The translations under genes and the position numbers were made by a program. Below, one piece after another: positions 1-12,647 of a DNA stretch of 64,000 bases. The DNA comes from Chiloscyllium plagiosum (taxonomy: Eukaryota), in assembly GCF_004010195.1 (NCBI RefSeq), contig NC_057718.1, positions 19,054,588-19,118,587 of the forward strand. Reading direction: 5' to 3'. Position 1 is the first letter of the stretch. Each line of letters starts with the position of its first letter. Below the pieces are notes generated by a model. The model made no database searches, was not told where the DNA came from, and saw only the letters and a program-made list of their open reading frames with translations.

Positions 1-149
1 CCATTGAAGGGAGGAAATTTACAGGGTGATTTGAAAAATATAGGGGAATATCACTAATTGGGCAGTTTGTACAAGATCCAACAGCTTGTACTTCATCATT
101 TTGTTATTTATCCTGACTACTTGACTGACTATTTTGTATTCTGGAAGTA

Positions 150-810
150 TATAAGAACTAGGAGCAGGAGGAGGCCATCTGGCCCTTTGAGCCTGCTCTG
201 CCATTTCAATAAGATAATGGCTGATCTTTTTGTGGCCTCAGTTCCACTTACCCACCCTCTCACTATAACCTTTACTTCCTTTACTGTTCAAAAACTTTCT
301 TTCTTAGCTTTGAAAGTATTTACTGAGGAAGCCTCAACTACTTGCCTGGACAAGGAATTCCATAGATTCACAACCCTCTGAGTAAAGACGTCCCTTCTCA
401 ATTCAGTCCGAAATCTGCTCCCTCTAATCTTGTGGCATTGCCCTCTTGTCCGAGTTTCACCTGCCAATGGAAACATTCTCTCTCTACTTCTATCTTATGT
501 ATTCCCTTCATAATTTTATATTTCTAGAAGATGCTCCTCATTCTTCTAAATTCCAACGAATATAATCCCAGTCTACTCCATTTCTTCTCATAGGTCAACC
601 CCCATCCCATCCAAAACAGTGAACTTCCTTTGCACCCCCTCTAGTGCCAGTACATCCTTTCTCAAGTAAGGAGACCAAACCTGCACACAGTACTCCCAGG
701 TGTGGCCTCACCAGCACCCTGTACAGTTGCAACATAACTTCCCTGCTTTTAAACTCAGTCCCTTTATCAATGCCTCCTTAATTACCTGTTGCACCTGCAG
801 ACCAACCTTC
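150..810 (-). mobile_element. CR1/HER1 LINE 3' fragment
   Basis: Minus-strand ORF piece FTQRVVNLWNSL (CR1 ORF2 C-terminus) plus 3' UTR. Confidence 0.85.
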
Positions 811-935
811 TATGATGCATTGTTTTTAAATAAAACTTTACATTGCGATGTCCAAAACTGTGAATGCCTGAACTAATATTGTTCAAGACTTTCATACTTC
901 CAATAACTTTGTCCCTTGGTTTCTTCTTTTTGCAG

Positions 936-1766
936 GTACTTATGGGACGAGTGCCAGACAGGGGCGGCAGGCCAAATGAAATTGAGCCCCCTCCACCAGA
1001 AATGCCACCGTGGCAGAAGAGACCAGACAATGTCCAGTCCAGCAGTGGACGTGGAAGAGGTGGATATGACCAAGGGTCTTATGGAGGAGGTGGAAGAGGT
1101 GGATACGAACAAAGCTCCTATGGAGGAGGTGGAAGAGGTGGATATGACCATGGCTCTTATGGAGGAGGTGGAAGAGGTGGATATGAACACAGTTCTTATG
1201 GAGGAGGTGGAAGAGGTGGATATGACCAAGGCTCTTATGGAGGAGGTGGAAGAGGCGGATATGACCAAGGCGGGCGAGGTGGGGGCCGTGGTGGATATGA
1301 TAGGACAGAACAAGGAGGACGTGGCGGAGGCAGAGGAAAAATTCAAGGCGGATGGTCAGACGGAAGTGGCGGCCATCAAGATTCTAGCTATCAAGGGGGG
1401 CATGGCAGTTACCATAGTGGTGGTTACCACAGTGGTGGCTACCAAGGCAATGCTGGTTACCAAGGAGGTGGCTACCATGGGGGTGGTGGAAGCTATCAAG
1501 GAGGTGGTTATCAAGGGGGTGGCTACCAAGGACATCAAGACAACCGGAATCAAGATAGCAGCCACGAGCAGGGTGGTGGTCGAGGTGCAGGACGTGGAGG
1601 TCGTGGTCGTGGGGGTCGTGGAGGGCGCGGGGGACAGGGTGGTGGCTGGGTCAACAGAGGTGGTCTAAACTATAACCAGGGAGGGCAGTTTGAGCAATAT
1701 TTCCAGCATGGTGGCCAACAATACAATGCTTCTGGTTTCTATCAAGGTAGGCAGTATTCTAGCTAA
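936..1766 (+). CDS. FAM98A: FAM98A terminal coding exon (276 aa plus stop; RGG/YGG low-complexity C-terminus)
   Basis: Pyrimidine tract plus acceptor ttcttctttttgcag|GTA at 935/936; TAA at 1764-1766. Translation VLMGRVPDRGGRPNEIEPPPPEMPPWQKR...GGQFEQYFQHGG...GRQYSS matches the recalled vertebrate FAM98A C-terminus. Adjacent to RASGRP3 as in other vertebrates. Confidence 0.95.
   Translation, partial: VLMGRVPDRGGRPNEIEPPPPEMPPWQKRPDNVQSSSGRGRGGYDQGSYGGGGRGGYEQSSYGGGGRGGYDHGSYGGGGRGGYEHSSYGGGGRGGYDQGSYGGGGRGGYDQGGRGGGRGGYDRTEQGGRGGGRGKIQGGWSDGSGGHQDSSYQGGHGSYHSGGYHSGGYQGNAGYQGGGYHGGGGSYQGGGYQGGGYQGHQDNRNQDSSHEQGGGRGAGRGGRGRGGRGGRGGQGGGWVNRGGLNYNQGGQFEQYFQHGGQQYNASGFYQGRQYSS
1053..1268 (+). repeat. 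Coding minisatellite, 39-bp/13-aa unit GRGGY(D/E)x(G/S)SYGGG, 5 full units plus a partial
   Basis: Units start at 1053, 1092, 1131, 1170, 1209 and 1248 (ggaagagg(t/c)gga...). Confidence 0.95.
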
Positions 1767-3690
1767 TATTTGATAGCTTTGACTATTGGCTTCGTCCTGC
1801 AAGAGTCACAAACTCAGCCATAAATAGTTACCAACTGTCGAATGCCACTAAAATCCAGTACCTTGTATTGAATCAGCAGTGCTGCAGATTTGTTTGTTAA
1901 ACAAAGGGAAGCAAAACCACCCACCCTGCTTTCAGCAGGAGTGAAGGCTTGTGATTCTAAGTCTTTCTGTTTTGACCTCCCATCCCCACTCTTCATCAAA
2001 TGGGTTTTAGGCTTAAAACTGTACTTAAAGCGCAGCAAAAAAAAACTGCTTCTCTGCATGTGAGACTGTCACTGGCAAGATTAAAACTCTTTATTTTGTT
2101 GAACGTGCACTACAGACCGAGCATATAAGCCCCAACTGAGCCTGGAAGCTTCCTTTTCTAATAGACTGGTGCTTTCAGCAAAACCTTTGCAGAGCTTACA
2201 TTTCTCTAATATCTTCGATTAAGCCACGTGGTAACTTCCTGCTGGCTGTTAATTGTACATAACTGTAAACTTCACAAGCAGAGTGAATGACAGTCTGAAA
2301 GATGAGCAATTAAGTATCCGTGTGCTGTTTTGCTGTTTGAAATTGTTGGATTTTAGTTAAACACAGTTCATGGATGAGGGAAGGTATCAAAAGAGGATTT
2401 CAGTACCAACCTTTTATTTAAATGTGTGTAAGAAAGTGTGTGTATGCATATTTGCATTTTTACCCAAACATTGAATTGAGAAATTTGTGGTTTGGGTGAC
2501 ACCCATGGTTTTTTGTGTGTTTCTAACTTATAATGGTTGAGAAGTTTACTGTATGTCATCCCTTTTGCAAATGTGTGTAGTTTGAAAGCTGCAAAGGATA
2601 TTCAGCACAGAAAGGGCTAATGTGTAGGTTTAACTAATTCAGCCTTAAATTATGCACAATGCCTATAATTCTACAGACAATTGCAAATATTGGCCAAGAA
2701 TGGCTGACTGTATTTGTGAAATACAAATTGTTTTTGTTCCCATTGAATATTGGCAAGGGCCTGATCGTACATGGCACACTTCATTATTTGGAAGTTGAGG
2801 CAGTTGCTGAATATAACCCATGGTCAAAGAGCTGGAAATAAAAGAAAATGTGAAACAAGTTATCCTATATACACATTCTTGTGTTGTGATTTAATCACTG
2901 ATTTCTTTTCAGTTTTGAGTAAAAAATATCAGTTCACATATCTTTCCTGTTGACTTTTTAATTGATCTGCCAGCATTGAAGTCATTGTAGCCCTCTGAGA
3001 ATGTAAATTAAACACTTATAACTGACTTTGTATTCTGGATAGGTTGTAGCTACAGCTGGGTGGTAGGATTTTTGGAGGTTTTTTTGGCACTTGTTGCACG
3101 CTAGAGGTCACTGTTGTAAACAGAGTAACAGCTGTTGATTAACACGAGCTGATGCTAACTTGTGCTATTCTTGTCAGGAAGTATTTTTGATTTGTTGTTC
3201 TCTCTTCAAATTACTGTATCTTATTTTGAAGAGATCCTTAGCAACTGTTTCTGTCTTGCTCATTTAAATGGTTATCTTTGGCTGAAACTGCTGATCAATT
3301 CCCCTCAGGCTCATCTCTAGAGACCAGAAACACAGGCAAAGCATTTGTCAGCAACTAGAATCATGTTTTGATTCTTATTTGTATGTAACATAAAAAATTT
3401 TCTCTTTTCAAAAATAATTAAATCAAGGCTTTAACACTAGTTTGTCCAAAAATGGTGGGGCCAAATATAAACTGCTGAAGTTATTTAATTCAGTGGTGTA
3501 TATACTGTACATTTCTGTTTGAAAATCTAAACTGCATTTAAGTCTAAAGATTGCCTGTTAAAATTCTCTTGTTAAGACTCTGGCTTTCTTTAGGGATTGA
3601 TGCAATACTTTGACTTAGTGGGCAGAGAGATCCCGCTTGGCTCATAAAAACATAGTTGATTCTTTAATGTAGTAATCTAATGTAGTACAG

Positions 3691-3700
3691 ATTAAATAAA
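3691..3700 (+). promoter_or_regulatory. Candidate FAM98A polyadenylation signal (ATTAAATAAA); another AATAAA at 2837-2842
   Basis: Overlapping ATTAAA/AATAAA followed by U/GU-rich sequence, within a stretch (1767-~4960) with no repeat I recognise, consistent with a 3' UTR. No transcript data. Confidence 0.4.
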
Positions 3701-4970
3701 TTTTTGTTATGTAACAGATGTACTTGCATAATTTATTTAAATGTGGGAACTGATTTCCTGCTCAGTACAAAGAAATTTTTCAGTTAATTGCTTCAGACCC
3801 TTGTCCAGTTTGATCTTAATGCCAACATCAGCTGTAGGTGGCTTGTAGGAGCTGCTGCTTTTGTTCTTGATAAAAGAAAAGTAAATCAGCCTAAATTGCC
3901 TCTTCAAATTATCTGAACTTTTTCACAGAGAATTACAGGAATGCAGTCGAGGTTGAGTGAGGAAAGATTGAGGTTGTGCTGTGGTAGGTATATTGATTGA
4001 TTGACCTTGCTGCATAGGCTGATGTGTAAACTGTTCAATTAACAAATTATAACATTGGTTGAGGTGGGTGATGCAGTGTGTCAACGGAGTTATATCCAAG
4101 TGTAAGCCATAAATCATGCCAAATTTAACTGAGATTATTAAAATATTCCGAGCTGGGGATATAATTGCTTACGGTAGAGGACACCTTCATTACAGAGTGA
4201 AATCACTCTTTGACTGATTTACCTAAAGAAATTTGCTATACGTGAAGCTTAGGAACATTTAAACAGCTATCCAAATCAAAGATTGTGCCCAGAAACAGCA
4301 ATTATTTAGTTGTGGTATGGGTTCCTGGTATTTCCATATTCTATAGTAAGTGATTTTGATTCCCCATATTCATTTTTAAAGCTGCTGGAAGTTGGTAGGG
4401 ATGAGGTCAGCTGGTATGGATACTGAAACCAGAAGTTGAATGGAAAAGAGCAACTATGTCTGAATATTAACAGTTGAATAGGAGAACCAGCAGAGGGGAA
4501 AACTGCACCCTTCCCCTACCAGAACATGGCTTGAGCCATTTCTGTTATAGTCATGAGCCTGGTCAATCACTTACCCCATTGGCTATTTGATTCTATTATC
4601 GGACTATTTCAAGATTTGTTTTTGCTTATAAATATCATGTGGTTATTTCATCCCTGTGCCACAAGTCTACTCGAAGTTTAAATACATAAAATATTTCTCG
4701 CCACATTCACAAGTGATCTTCACTATATTTGCAAAAGGTTATGTGAATGGAGCTGCCGAACATTGTAGCTCCCCTGTTGGAATGTTGCAGTGCAGAATGT
4801 TTCCGTAATAAATACTATTCTGGATGTAAAGTATTTTAAGGATAGAAGGATGTGTTAGGTGACAAAATACGATTGACACATGATTTGTTTCAAATTCCCA
4901 GTGCAAAGCTATTTGTTCGAGTTTTTCATAATTTGGAAGATTATAATTGTGTTGGAAGGTATAGTGTGTA

Positions 4971-5231
4971 GGAGCGGCACAGTGGCTCAGTGGTTAGCAC
5001 TACTGCCTCACAGCGCCGGGGACCCGGGTTCAATTCCAGCCTCGGGCAACTGTCTGTGTGGAGTTTGCATATTCTCCCCTGCAAAGATGTGCAGGTTTGG
5101 TGAATTGGCTATGCTAAATTGCCCGTAGTTAGTCAGGGTTGATTAGTCAGGGGTGGGTTCCTGTTCAGAGGGTTGGTGTGGATTTGTTGGCCCGAACGGC
5201 CTGTTTCCACACTGTAGGTAATCTAATCTAA
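4971..5231 (+). mobile_element. HE1-type tRNA-derived SINE
   Basis: A box agtggctcagtgg, B box gggttcaattcc, CR1-like 3' end ggcctgtttccacactgtag, (aatct)n tail. Confidence 0.88.
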
Positions 5232-5954
5232 ACTACCATTCTTTGACAGTGTGAGTTAATTGGTATAATGTATTAACCACATTGATAGGAATTAAGGATA
5301 TTATCTGTAAAAATCGTGGTCTTTGTCTTTGATTTACAAAACCTGATTCTATTTTTGTCAAACTTCAACTTTCCTGATTTGTTTTTATTACAGAAATCTT
5401 GCTCTTATTCCAATGTTGATTCCAAATAGTCATTTTATTAAATTGCATTGTGTCAAAACAACAAAGGAAAATTTGCACTTGTAATACCTATAGTTAACAC
5501 TCAAGTCTCCCATTTTGAATTGGCAATCATTGATGCAAAACTGGTACTTGTGAAAACAATAGATATTACTCTACAGATTTTAATATTGAATTCATTGTAC
5601 TTCGTGTATACCCAAAGATTAACTATTTAGTATAAATAGTGCAAATTTTGGTGGGTTTTTTTTCTCTCTCTATCTTTCTCTCTGTTCTATGTCTCTGTCT
5701 GTCTTTGTGTGCATGTCTGTGTGTCTCTCTTCTGAAAATTAAAGTTTTCCTTTGCAATTTAAGGGGGATAATTGAGTCCAGTTAGGACAGGTTTTGACCA
5801 AGAAGTACCTAAACATTTATATTTGTGTGCTAATGAAAATAGTTTGGACAAACCCCTCCAAACGTGTTATGCAACCAGCTGTGTCTGGGCCTTCAATTGG
5901 GGATCATACAACTAATTATTTTTAAGCAAAAATAGAAAACTATTTTCATGCTTT

Positions 5955-6460
5955 AGAATCAAAACATTTTACAGCAAGAAAACGGACTCTTCGGTCCAAC
6001 TCGTCCATGCCAACCAGATATCCTAAATTGATCTAGTTCCATTTGGTCCTCTAAACCCTTCCTATCCATCCAGGTGCCTTTTAAATGTAATTGTAATAGC
6101 CTCCTCCACTTCTGGTAGCTCATCCCATACACACACCATGCTCTGCATGGAAAAAGTTACCTTTCAGGTGCCTGTTAAATCTTTCCCTTCTCACCTTTAA
6201 ACCTATGCCCGCTAGTTTTAGTCTCCCCTCTGAAACAGATCTTGACTATTCACCCTATCTGTGCCCTTCATGATTTTATACAACTCTACAAGGTTGCCCT
6301 TCAGCCTCCAACCCTGCAGGGAATATAGCCCCAGTCTTTTTGGCCTCTCCCTATAGCTCAAACCCTCCAACCCTGTTCACATCATTGTAAATCTTTTCTG
6401 CACCTTTTCAAGTTTAACGTTTTTGTTTAATAGCGGGGAAACCAAAATGAATGCAGTGTG
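5955..6460 (-). mobile_element. CR1/HER1 LINE 3' fragment
   Basis: Similar to the other CR1 3' ends in the window. Confidence 0.8.
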
Positions 6461-8112
6461 CTTTAAGTTTTTAAACTTTTGTGTGTTGATGGAAATGTTC
6501 AACTCTGAAAAGCCTCCGCTTTTGAAGAGCATCTTTCCTATCCAAATCTCTCATTAACGTTCTTGTTGGGATTTTTGAAGACCATGCCAATCTGTCCCAT
6601 ATTACAGGCAGATGGAATTATAAGAACTGATCTTCTTTGGACTTTTCCTGGTTTAGAGGATAAGGCATTGATGGAATTCATGGACATGGGTGCCTGCTGC
6701 AACACAATGCAATGAATATAGTTGTGAATGTTGTGTTTGTGCCAATGTTAATGTGCAATGAGTTCTTTTAAACATCATTTGGATAAGTACTTCTTCCTTT
6801 TAAATTTTTGAATCAAGGAAGTTATTCCTAGCCCTAATAGGGTAGACTTTAGACTTAAGCTCCATTCCTGTAAAACAGCTTGGAGCAGTTTATTGCATTA
6901 ACAGTTGAGCAGTTTTGGTAAGGGAGAGACGTTTGTGTGTTTAGCTTTTACCTTTGCAGATGTAAAATAAACATGCTGTCATCTTGTGACACTTTTATAT
7001 GATGAGTAGTTTGAGCAGGCCAGTAGTTGTAACTGCAGCAATATCAATATTTAATCTGACAACAAAAATCAATGAAATTAAATCCATAAATAGTTGGAAA
7101 AGAAAAGTAATGCAGAAATGAGTAATGATGGGTCATTTTAACAAATAGCAAGCATCATTGTAATTGTTGCTTCCTGTGCTTTAATTGTTATGTCAACATA
7201 ATTTCTGGGCCTGATGAATGACCATTGATTCCTGCAGTGGATCTTTGCTCAATAGAATTAAGTGGGGTATCAAACTTCTTGATTTTTAAAAAATCAATAA
7301 TCACATTTCAGTAGATTATTGCATTAAGAGTAGAAGGATGTCTTTTGAAAAGCTTAGACAAAAGATCAATCCGGGGCATATGCTCAACCATAGACTGAAC
7401 GTTGAGACAAAGAACACGGTGTAGCAAAGCAATGACATTGCAGTTGAAGCTTGCGTGTCTAAAGTCAGAAAGCTGTAAAATTGGGCATCTAACAAAAATT
7501 CATATTTGATGTTCAACTAGAGACATTAAACTGACTTGATTAGAATTTTAAACAATGAGAGAATGCAAAAAAAGATTTCAGTGCTCCAAGCCTTTTTGTT
7601 TAAAGGAAAATTTCAGTGATTTGATCTGAATTTGCTTGATTTCTACCCAATCTAATTATTCTTGGCTGGAGTCTTAAATTGAAATACTTTTTTGTTCATG
7701 TATATGGGTGCCACAGGCTAGACTTTTATTGAATTCCCATTTCTTCATCTGCCATGGAGGGATTCAACCCATATCTTAAGAACATTAATCTGGAATTCTT
7801 GATTACTAGTCCAGTGACCTTTCCATGAAAATGTCACCTCTTTTGTTGAAAAAGGAGTCATGTTGTTGAAGCTATTTGTCTTGCCCTCATCGAGACAAAT
7901 GCAACAATGTTGAATTTTAAATGATCACAGCTATTTATACTGCAGGAATAAAAGGGCACTAATTGGGTAGCAAGTTGATTTTGTTGGCTCAGGCATTGCT
8001 ATGGAGAAAGTAAAGGGAAACTATAGTTTTCCCTTGTTTTCCAGTTAAACAATACGGAATAATTTAAACAGTTTTTAAGCAACTAAAGATAAGCGGTTAT
8101 GATTGTAATCTA

Positions 8113-8292
8113 CAAAAATAGAAATTGTTTCAGAAACTCCACAGGTCTTGCAGCATCTTCAGAAGAAGGGTAATTGGATTCGAAACATTGACTCTGCTTT
8201 CTGTCCACAGATGCTGCCAGACCTGAATTTCTTTCGCAATTTATGTTTTTGTTCCAGATTTCCAGCATCTGCAATTCTGTTTCATTTTTAGG
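8113..8292 (+). mobile_element. Older Penelope-like terminal-repeat fragment with partial inversion
   Basis: gaagaaggg...cgaaacattgactctgctttct...cacagatgctgccagacctg...ccagcatctgca; possible TSD tgtaat(c/g)ta at 8104-8112 and 8293-8301. Confidence 0.6.
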
Positions 8293-8605
8293 TGTAATGT
8301 AGCTTGTTTACATGTGCTAGAAATACGTTCATTCTTGGGACCTGTTCTTTGCAAATAAAGTGAATAGGTTTCAGGCAGGCAAGCGAGCCTTTTATGCATA
8401 GGAAAGGGGTTCCTGTACATAAATATGTACTGCTCCTAGGAAGCATAAATGAGCCATGTCACATTGACCAATTTGATTTACATTTTAACTAACTAAAGAT
8501 AAATTATCTTAAAATACTGAGAAGCAGACAAAGGCTGAAAGTTACCATGGCTGTCTTCATGACAATTGTCTCAATCAGCAGAGTCCAGTTGCCAACTAAT
8601 CCACA

Positions 8606-8824
8606 GGAGAAAGTGAGGTCTGCAGATGCTGGAGATCAGAGCTGAAAATGTGTTGCTGGAAAAGCGCAGCAGGTCAGGCAGCATCCAGGGAACAGGAGAA
8701 TCGACGTTTCGGGCATAAGCCCTTCTTCAGCATTCCTGAAGAAGGGCTTATGCCTGAAACGTCGATTCTCCTGTTCCCTGGATGCTGCCTGACCTGCTGC
8801 GCTTTTCCAGCAACACATTTTCAG
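8606..8824. mobile_element. Young Penelope-like fold-back element with hammerhead ribozyme motifs
   Basis: 89-bp inverted arms 8642-8730/8736-8824 (1 mismatch); 12-bp TSD aactaatccaca at 8594-8605 and 8825-8836; CTGAAGA-A-GGGC-TTAT-GCCT-GAAA-C-GTC at 8736-8763. Confidence 0.8.
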
Positions 8825-10902
8825 AACTAATCCACACCCCTTTCTTCCTCTAGTATAAATGGTTTTGATAGCTTAAAATTTGGTTTGACCAGTGCACAAA
8901 CTCAGCAACATGCCTGTCGTCTTCAGAAAAAGTCAAGTTCTGTACAACCATTCCACTATTTGAAATAAAATAAGCATTAGCTCAACTTGATGTGACTGAG
9001 TTGAGTATGCTGTGACTTGTTGTTATTAAAGAGCCGCTCTTTGCTCCAGCTCTGCTTTGTCGGTGAGATCACATGATGCAGATTCCAACATCAGCAAGGC
9101 TACTGTGCAAGATGTCAAATTATTGACCTGTATTAATGCATTAGAAATTTACCAGACATCCTTAAAATAGCTGATGTTGGAACACAATATTTGAGGTATA
9201 TGTTGGATTTTCCTAAATTTTTCCACTTACAATTGTGATTCAAATATGCACATTTGTCTTGATGTACAAAACCCAAGTCTTTTCATTCTTGATGGATACA
9301 ACCACGACGACAGAATTTAAAATTTTGAGGAAGAAATTTTAATGGTTTATTTCCTCCGTAGATCAGTTCCCCTTTTGAGTCTGATCAAAATATCAAAAGA
9401 ACCACAACCAGAAATGTTGGGCACAGTTTTATCGCACTGAAATCCAATTACTTACACAGGATTACAGTTGTCCCAGTTGTGGTTATGTCAATTACTTTTA
9501 CAAGTTGCAACTCTTGTAGCAGCTCCCAGAAGTTTGATCTGTTTTGTGGTTTGAGACTATGACAATAAAGCTACATTTATTGCTGTTTGTCCCCTAACTT
9601 GGGTTTATGCTTTTTAAACTTTTAACCAAGCCCTCCTTTCTGGATGAATAGACTATTGTCTCAGAAGCTACTGGATTTGGACCTTCCCATACATAAGATG
9701 TACAGCTTCCACATTCTCTGAGCTCCCTGGCTTTTTGTTGCAGAATGTGACTTAAAAATGATAAGTTAGCCTATTTTTGCAATCTGCTTCTTCTCAAAAT
9801 AATTTACATCAGACTTGAAGTCTTGTACATATAAAGACAACAGTAGAAATGACCAGGAGCTTTAGCTGTATTATGTTATGGACTGTTCGCCAGGTCTACT
9901 TGTCTCATAGAAAAATAACAGTAAATGTGCTTAATTGAAAAGCTTTAAATTACATAGAGATAACAGACCATTTATGTTGTGTCTGGATCCAGAAGTATAC
10001 TGAACTTGTGGTATCACCCTCTCCATAAACTAAATTCAACCTAGTGTGTCAGTTGAATGAGCAGTTTGGAAAAGGGTCCGCAGATGTTTACAGTAGTGGA
10101 CTGTGTATTTTAGTTGGGATAAAGGAAGAGTTCTACTTTGTGGGATGTGAACCAATGATTTCGCTCCAGTTGCTTTTATTTTGTTTGTCTGCCCCTGTTC
10201 CAAATAAATACAGAAGTGATTGGGCAGAAGTATTTAATGCAGGCTGAAACTCCAGTGCAGTACTGAAGGAGTGATGCTTAAAGATGTCATCCTCCTGAAT
10301 TACTTTCTGTTGTTTTAGTTAAAGGTACTTGGAAAAATGGGATTTTTTTTCCCCACTCACCTAGCCATGCAGTTAAATTAGTTCCATATTTTATACATAA
10401 AATAAAATGTACCACAAAAAAGCAGCTCCTGGCCAGTGAATATTGTCACACAATATTGAGGTGTGAAAAATTGTACAATATTGGTGCTTGTTACCAGTTT
10501 GAGCTAAAGGACATTGTTGAGGAGGACTTCTTCAACCCGTTCCCCCCCACCCCGTATTTTGCATTTGGAATGCTTTGATGATAGCAATGTGAGGAAATCC
10601 ATTTTTCAAACACGCAATCCTCACCTTAATCAGCACCAAGACTTTTTATGAAATGGTTACACATCTGCATGGTATTGGCTTGAAAAAAGTTGGCACTCTG
10701 GTCTTCAAAGGCACATGAATAGTCCTGTGACTTTGATAGACAGCCCTGCTTACTACTCCGAGTTCTGTTGAGTAAATAGTGATATTAATTTCGGTGGTAT
10801 GTTTCTTGGTTCTGGCATTTGGGATGTTCTTTTTCTCAGATAGTGGTTCTGTCCTTGAACAACAGCTTGACCAGCTTCTCTTTGACATGCCACAGTTTGG
10901 AT

Positions 10903-11755
10903 TAGAAGTGTTACACCCAAAACATTGACTTCTCCATTTCCTGGTGCTGCCTGACTTGCTGTGTTCTTCCAGCCTCCTACTTGTAGAACATAGAACATTA
11001 CAGCACCGTACAGGACCTTTGGCCCCTGAAGTTGCACCAACCTGTAGAACCAATCTGAAGCACATCTATCCTACACTATTCAATTTTCATCTATATGTCT
11101 ATCCAATGGCCATTTAAATGCCTTTAAAGTTGGTGAGTCTACTGCTATTGCAGGCATTCCACGCCCCTACTGAGTAAAGAAACTACCTCTGACATCTGTC
11201 CTATATCTATCACCCCTCAATTTAATGCTATGTCCCCTTGTGCTAGCCATCACCATCTGAGGAAAAAGGCTCTCACTGTCCACCCTTTCTAACCCTCTGA
11301 TTATCTTCTATGTCTCAATTAAGTTACCCCTCAACCTTCTCTCTAACAAAAACAGCCTCAAGTCCCTCCACTTTTCCTCATAAGACCTTCCCTCCATACC
11401 AAGGAACATCCTAGTAAATCTCCTCTGAGCCCTCTTCAAATCTTACACATCCTTCCTATAATGTGGTGACCAGAACTGTACACAATGCTCCAAGTGTGGC
11501 CACATCAGAGTTTTGTATAGCTGCAGTATGACCTCATGGCTCCAAAACTCAATCCCTCTACCAATAAAAATTAATATACACATACCTTCTTAACAACCCT
11601 ATCAACCTCGGTGGCAACTTTCAGGGATCTATGTACATGGCCACAGAGATCTCTCTGCTCATCTACACTACTAAGAATCTTATCGTTAGCCCAGTATTTT
11701 TTATTCCTATTGCACCTGTCTACTTTGGATTCCAACATCTGCAGTTTTGTCTTTA
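10903..11755 (+). mobile_element. Penelope-like terminal repeat split by a CR1 insertion (~10986-11712, - strand)
   Basis: The halves ...ccagcctcctacttgt and acctgtctactttggattcc... rejoin to match the intact copy at ~54660-54785; CR1 tail agaacatagaaca at the junction. Confidence 0.7.
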
Positions 11756-12647
11756 ACTGTTTGGGTTTCAGGCACTGAATCTATTTCCCCAGCCAAAGCC
11801 ATTTTAAATATAGCCATTCGCATAAAATGAACTGGCACTGAGCTCCCCATCAGTCAGCCAGTGTAACGTTGGCAGTAAAGCCAAAAAAATGGAATCCTGC
11901 TGGCAACCACCATAACTCCCAACAATCTCCTCTTCAGTTCATGGGGGAGATTCGAACCTCTAGCTTGTGGAATAGAGGTGGCTAGAGACACTGCCAAATA
12001 TGTGACATTACTTCCTTAACTATGATTGATAATATAATTTTGAGACAAACGACCAGAATGCATCATGTGCAAAAATTGATAGACTGTGTCACTTCAGCAA
12101 CACAGACCGAGAATGCAGCACTGCCCTGTCCAGTGGGGAAGAGGGGTCAATGCTAAAAGGATTATCTTACCCTTGTGCAACTGGTCACTGATGCAGCAAG
12201 TCCAGCAGGAAAAACAATTTTTACACTATTAAAAGCATTCCTGCATGTTTTAATCAGTGCAATACCAGCTCTACTCTTTGAGCTAAGTATAATTACAAGC
12301 AGCAGAAAGGCTGCAGGATCCCATCCAAATCACCTGGAAGACTCCACAAATGGCATTGCCCAGATCGAATACAAATCATTCTTTATTTCGGGTGCACCGA
12401 AGACTGCCTTAAAATTAGGCTCGGGATTTCTGCCTGGGGGTAGCACAACAACATGGGTAACATTTACTCCTGGTTTCTGACTACCTGAATATGATTGGAA
12501 TAGAGACAATGCATTCATGGCCCAAAGTACCATAAATAACACCAGAGGCTGAGGAGAATTTTGTCAAACAGCGATGCTTCTCTTCATTTGCTGTGGAGAA
12601 TGCATTGATGCTGATTTACAGTTAACTGCCAGACTTTATTTAAATTT

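Larger units (their letters stand above)
7840..8960. mobile_element. Old Penelope-like element with degenerate large inverted arms, host to two later insertions
   Basis: ~7930-8005 (atttatactgcaggaataaaaggg...) is the inverted homologue of ~8560-8605 plus 8837-8860. Related sequence at ~12580-13075. Confidence 0.45.

Noticed and set aside
864..935. N-terminal hydrophobic segment of the 300-aa ORF, resembling a signal peptide or TM helix
   Set aside because: It is translated intron (polypyrimidine tract); the exon starts at 936.
1053..1268. Regularly spaced repeats resembling a CRISPR array
   Set aside because: In-frame coding tandem repeat in a vertebrate exon with no unique spacers and no cas genes.
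916..1668. 250-aa acidic ORF (EEVEEVDM repeats) overlapping FAM98A, plus antisense Ser/Thr-rich ORFs
   Set aside because: Shadow frames of GGA/GGT-rich glycine codons; the listed start is a non-ATG codon in the intron.
4971..5045. tRNA-like A and B boxes
   Set aside because: Heads of HE1 SINEs, not tRNA genes; followed by SINE body and tail.
8606..8824. Fold-back elements as classical MITEs or pre-miRNA genes
   Set aside because: Arms are asymmetric (one unpaired end), TSD length varies (12, 14, 17 bp), and single-arm copies exist, which fits Penelope-like retroelements better; no evidence for miRNA processing.
8636..8830. Mirror-image ORFs MCCWKSAAGQAASRE... on both strands
   Set aside because: Consequence of the palindromic element; non-ATG start and no coding evidence.
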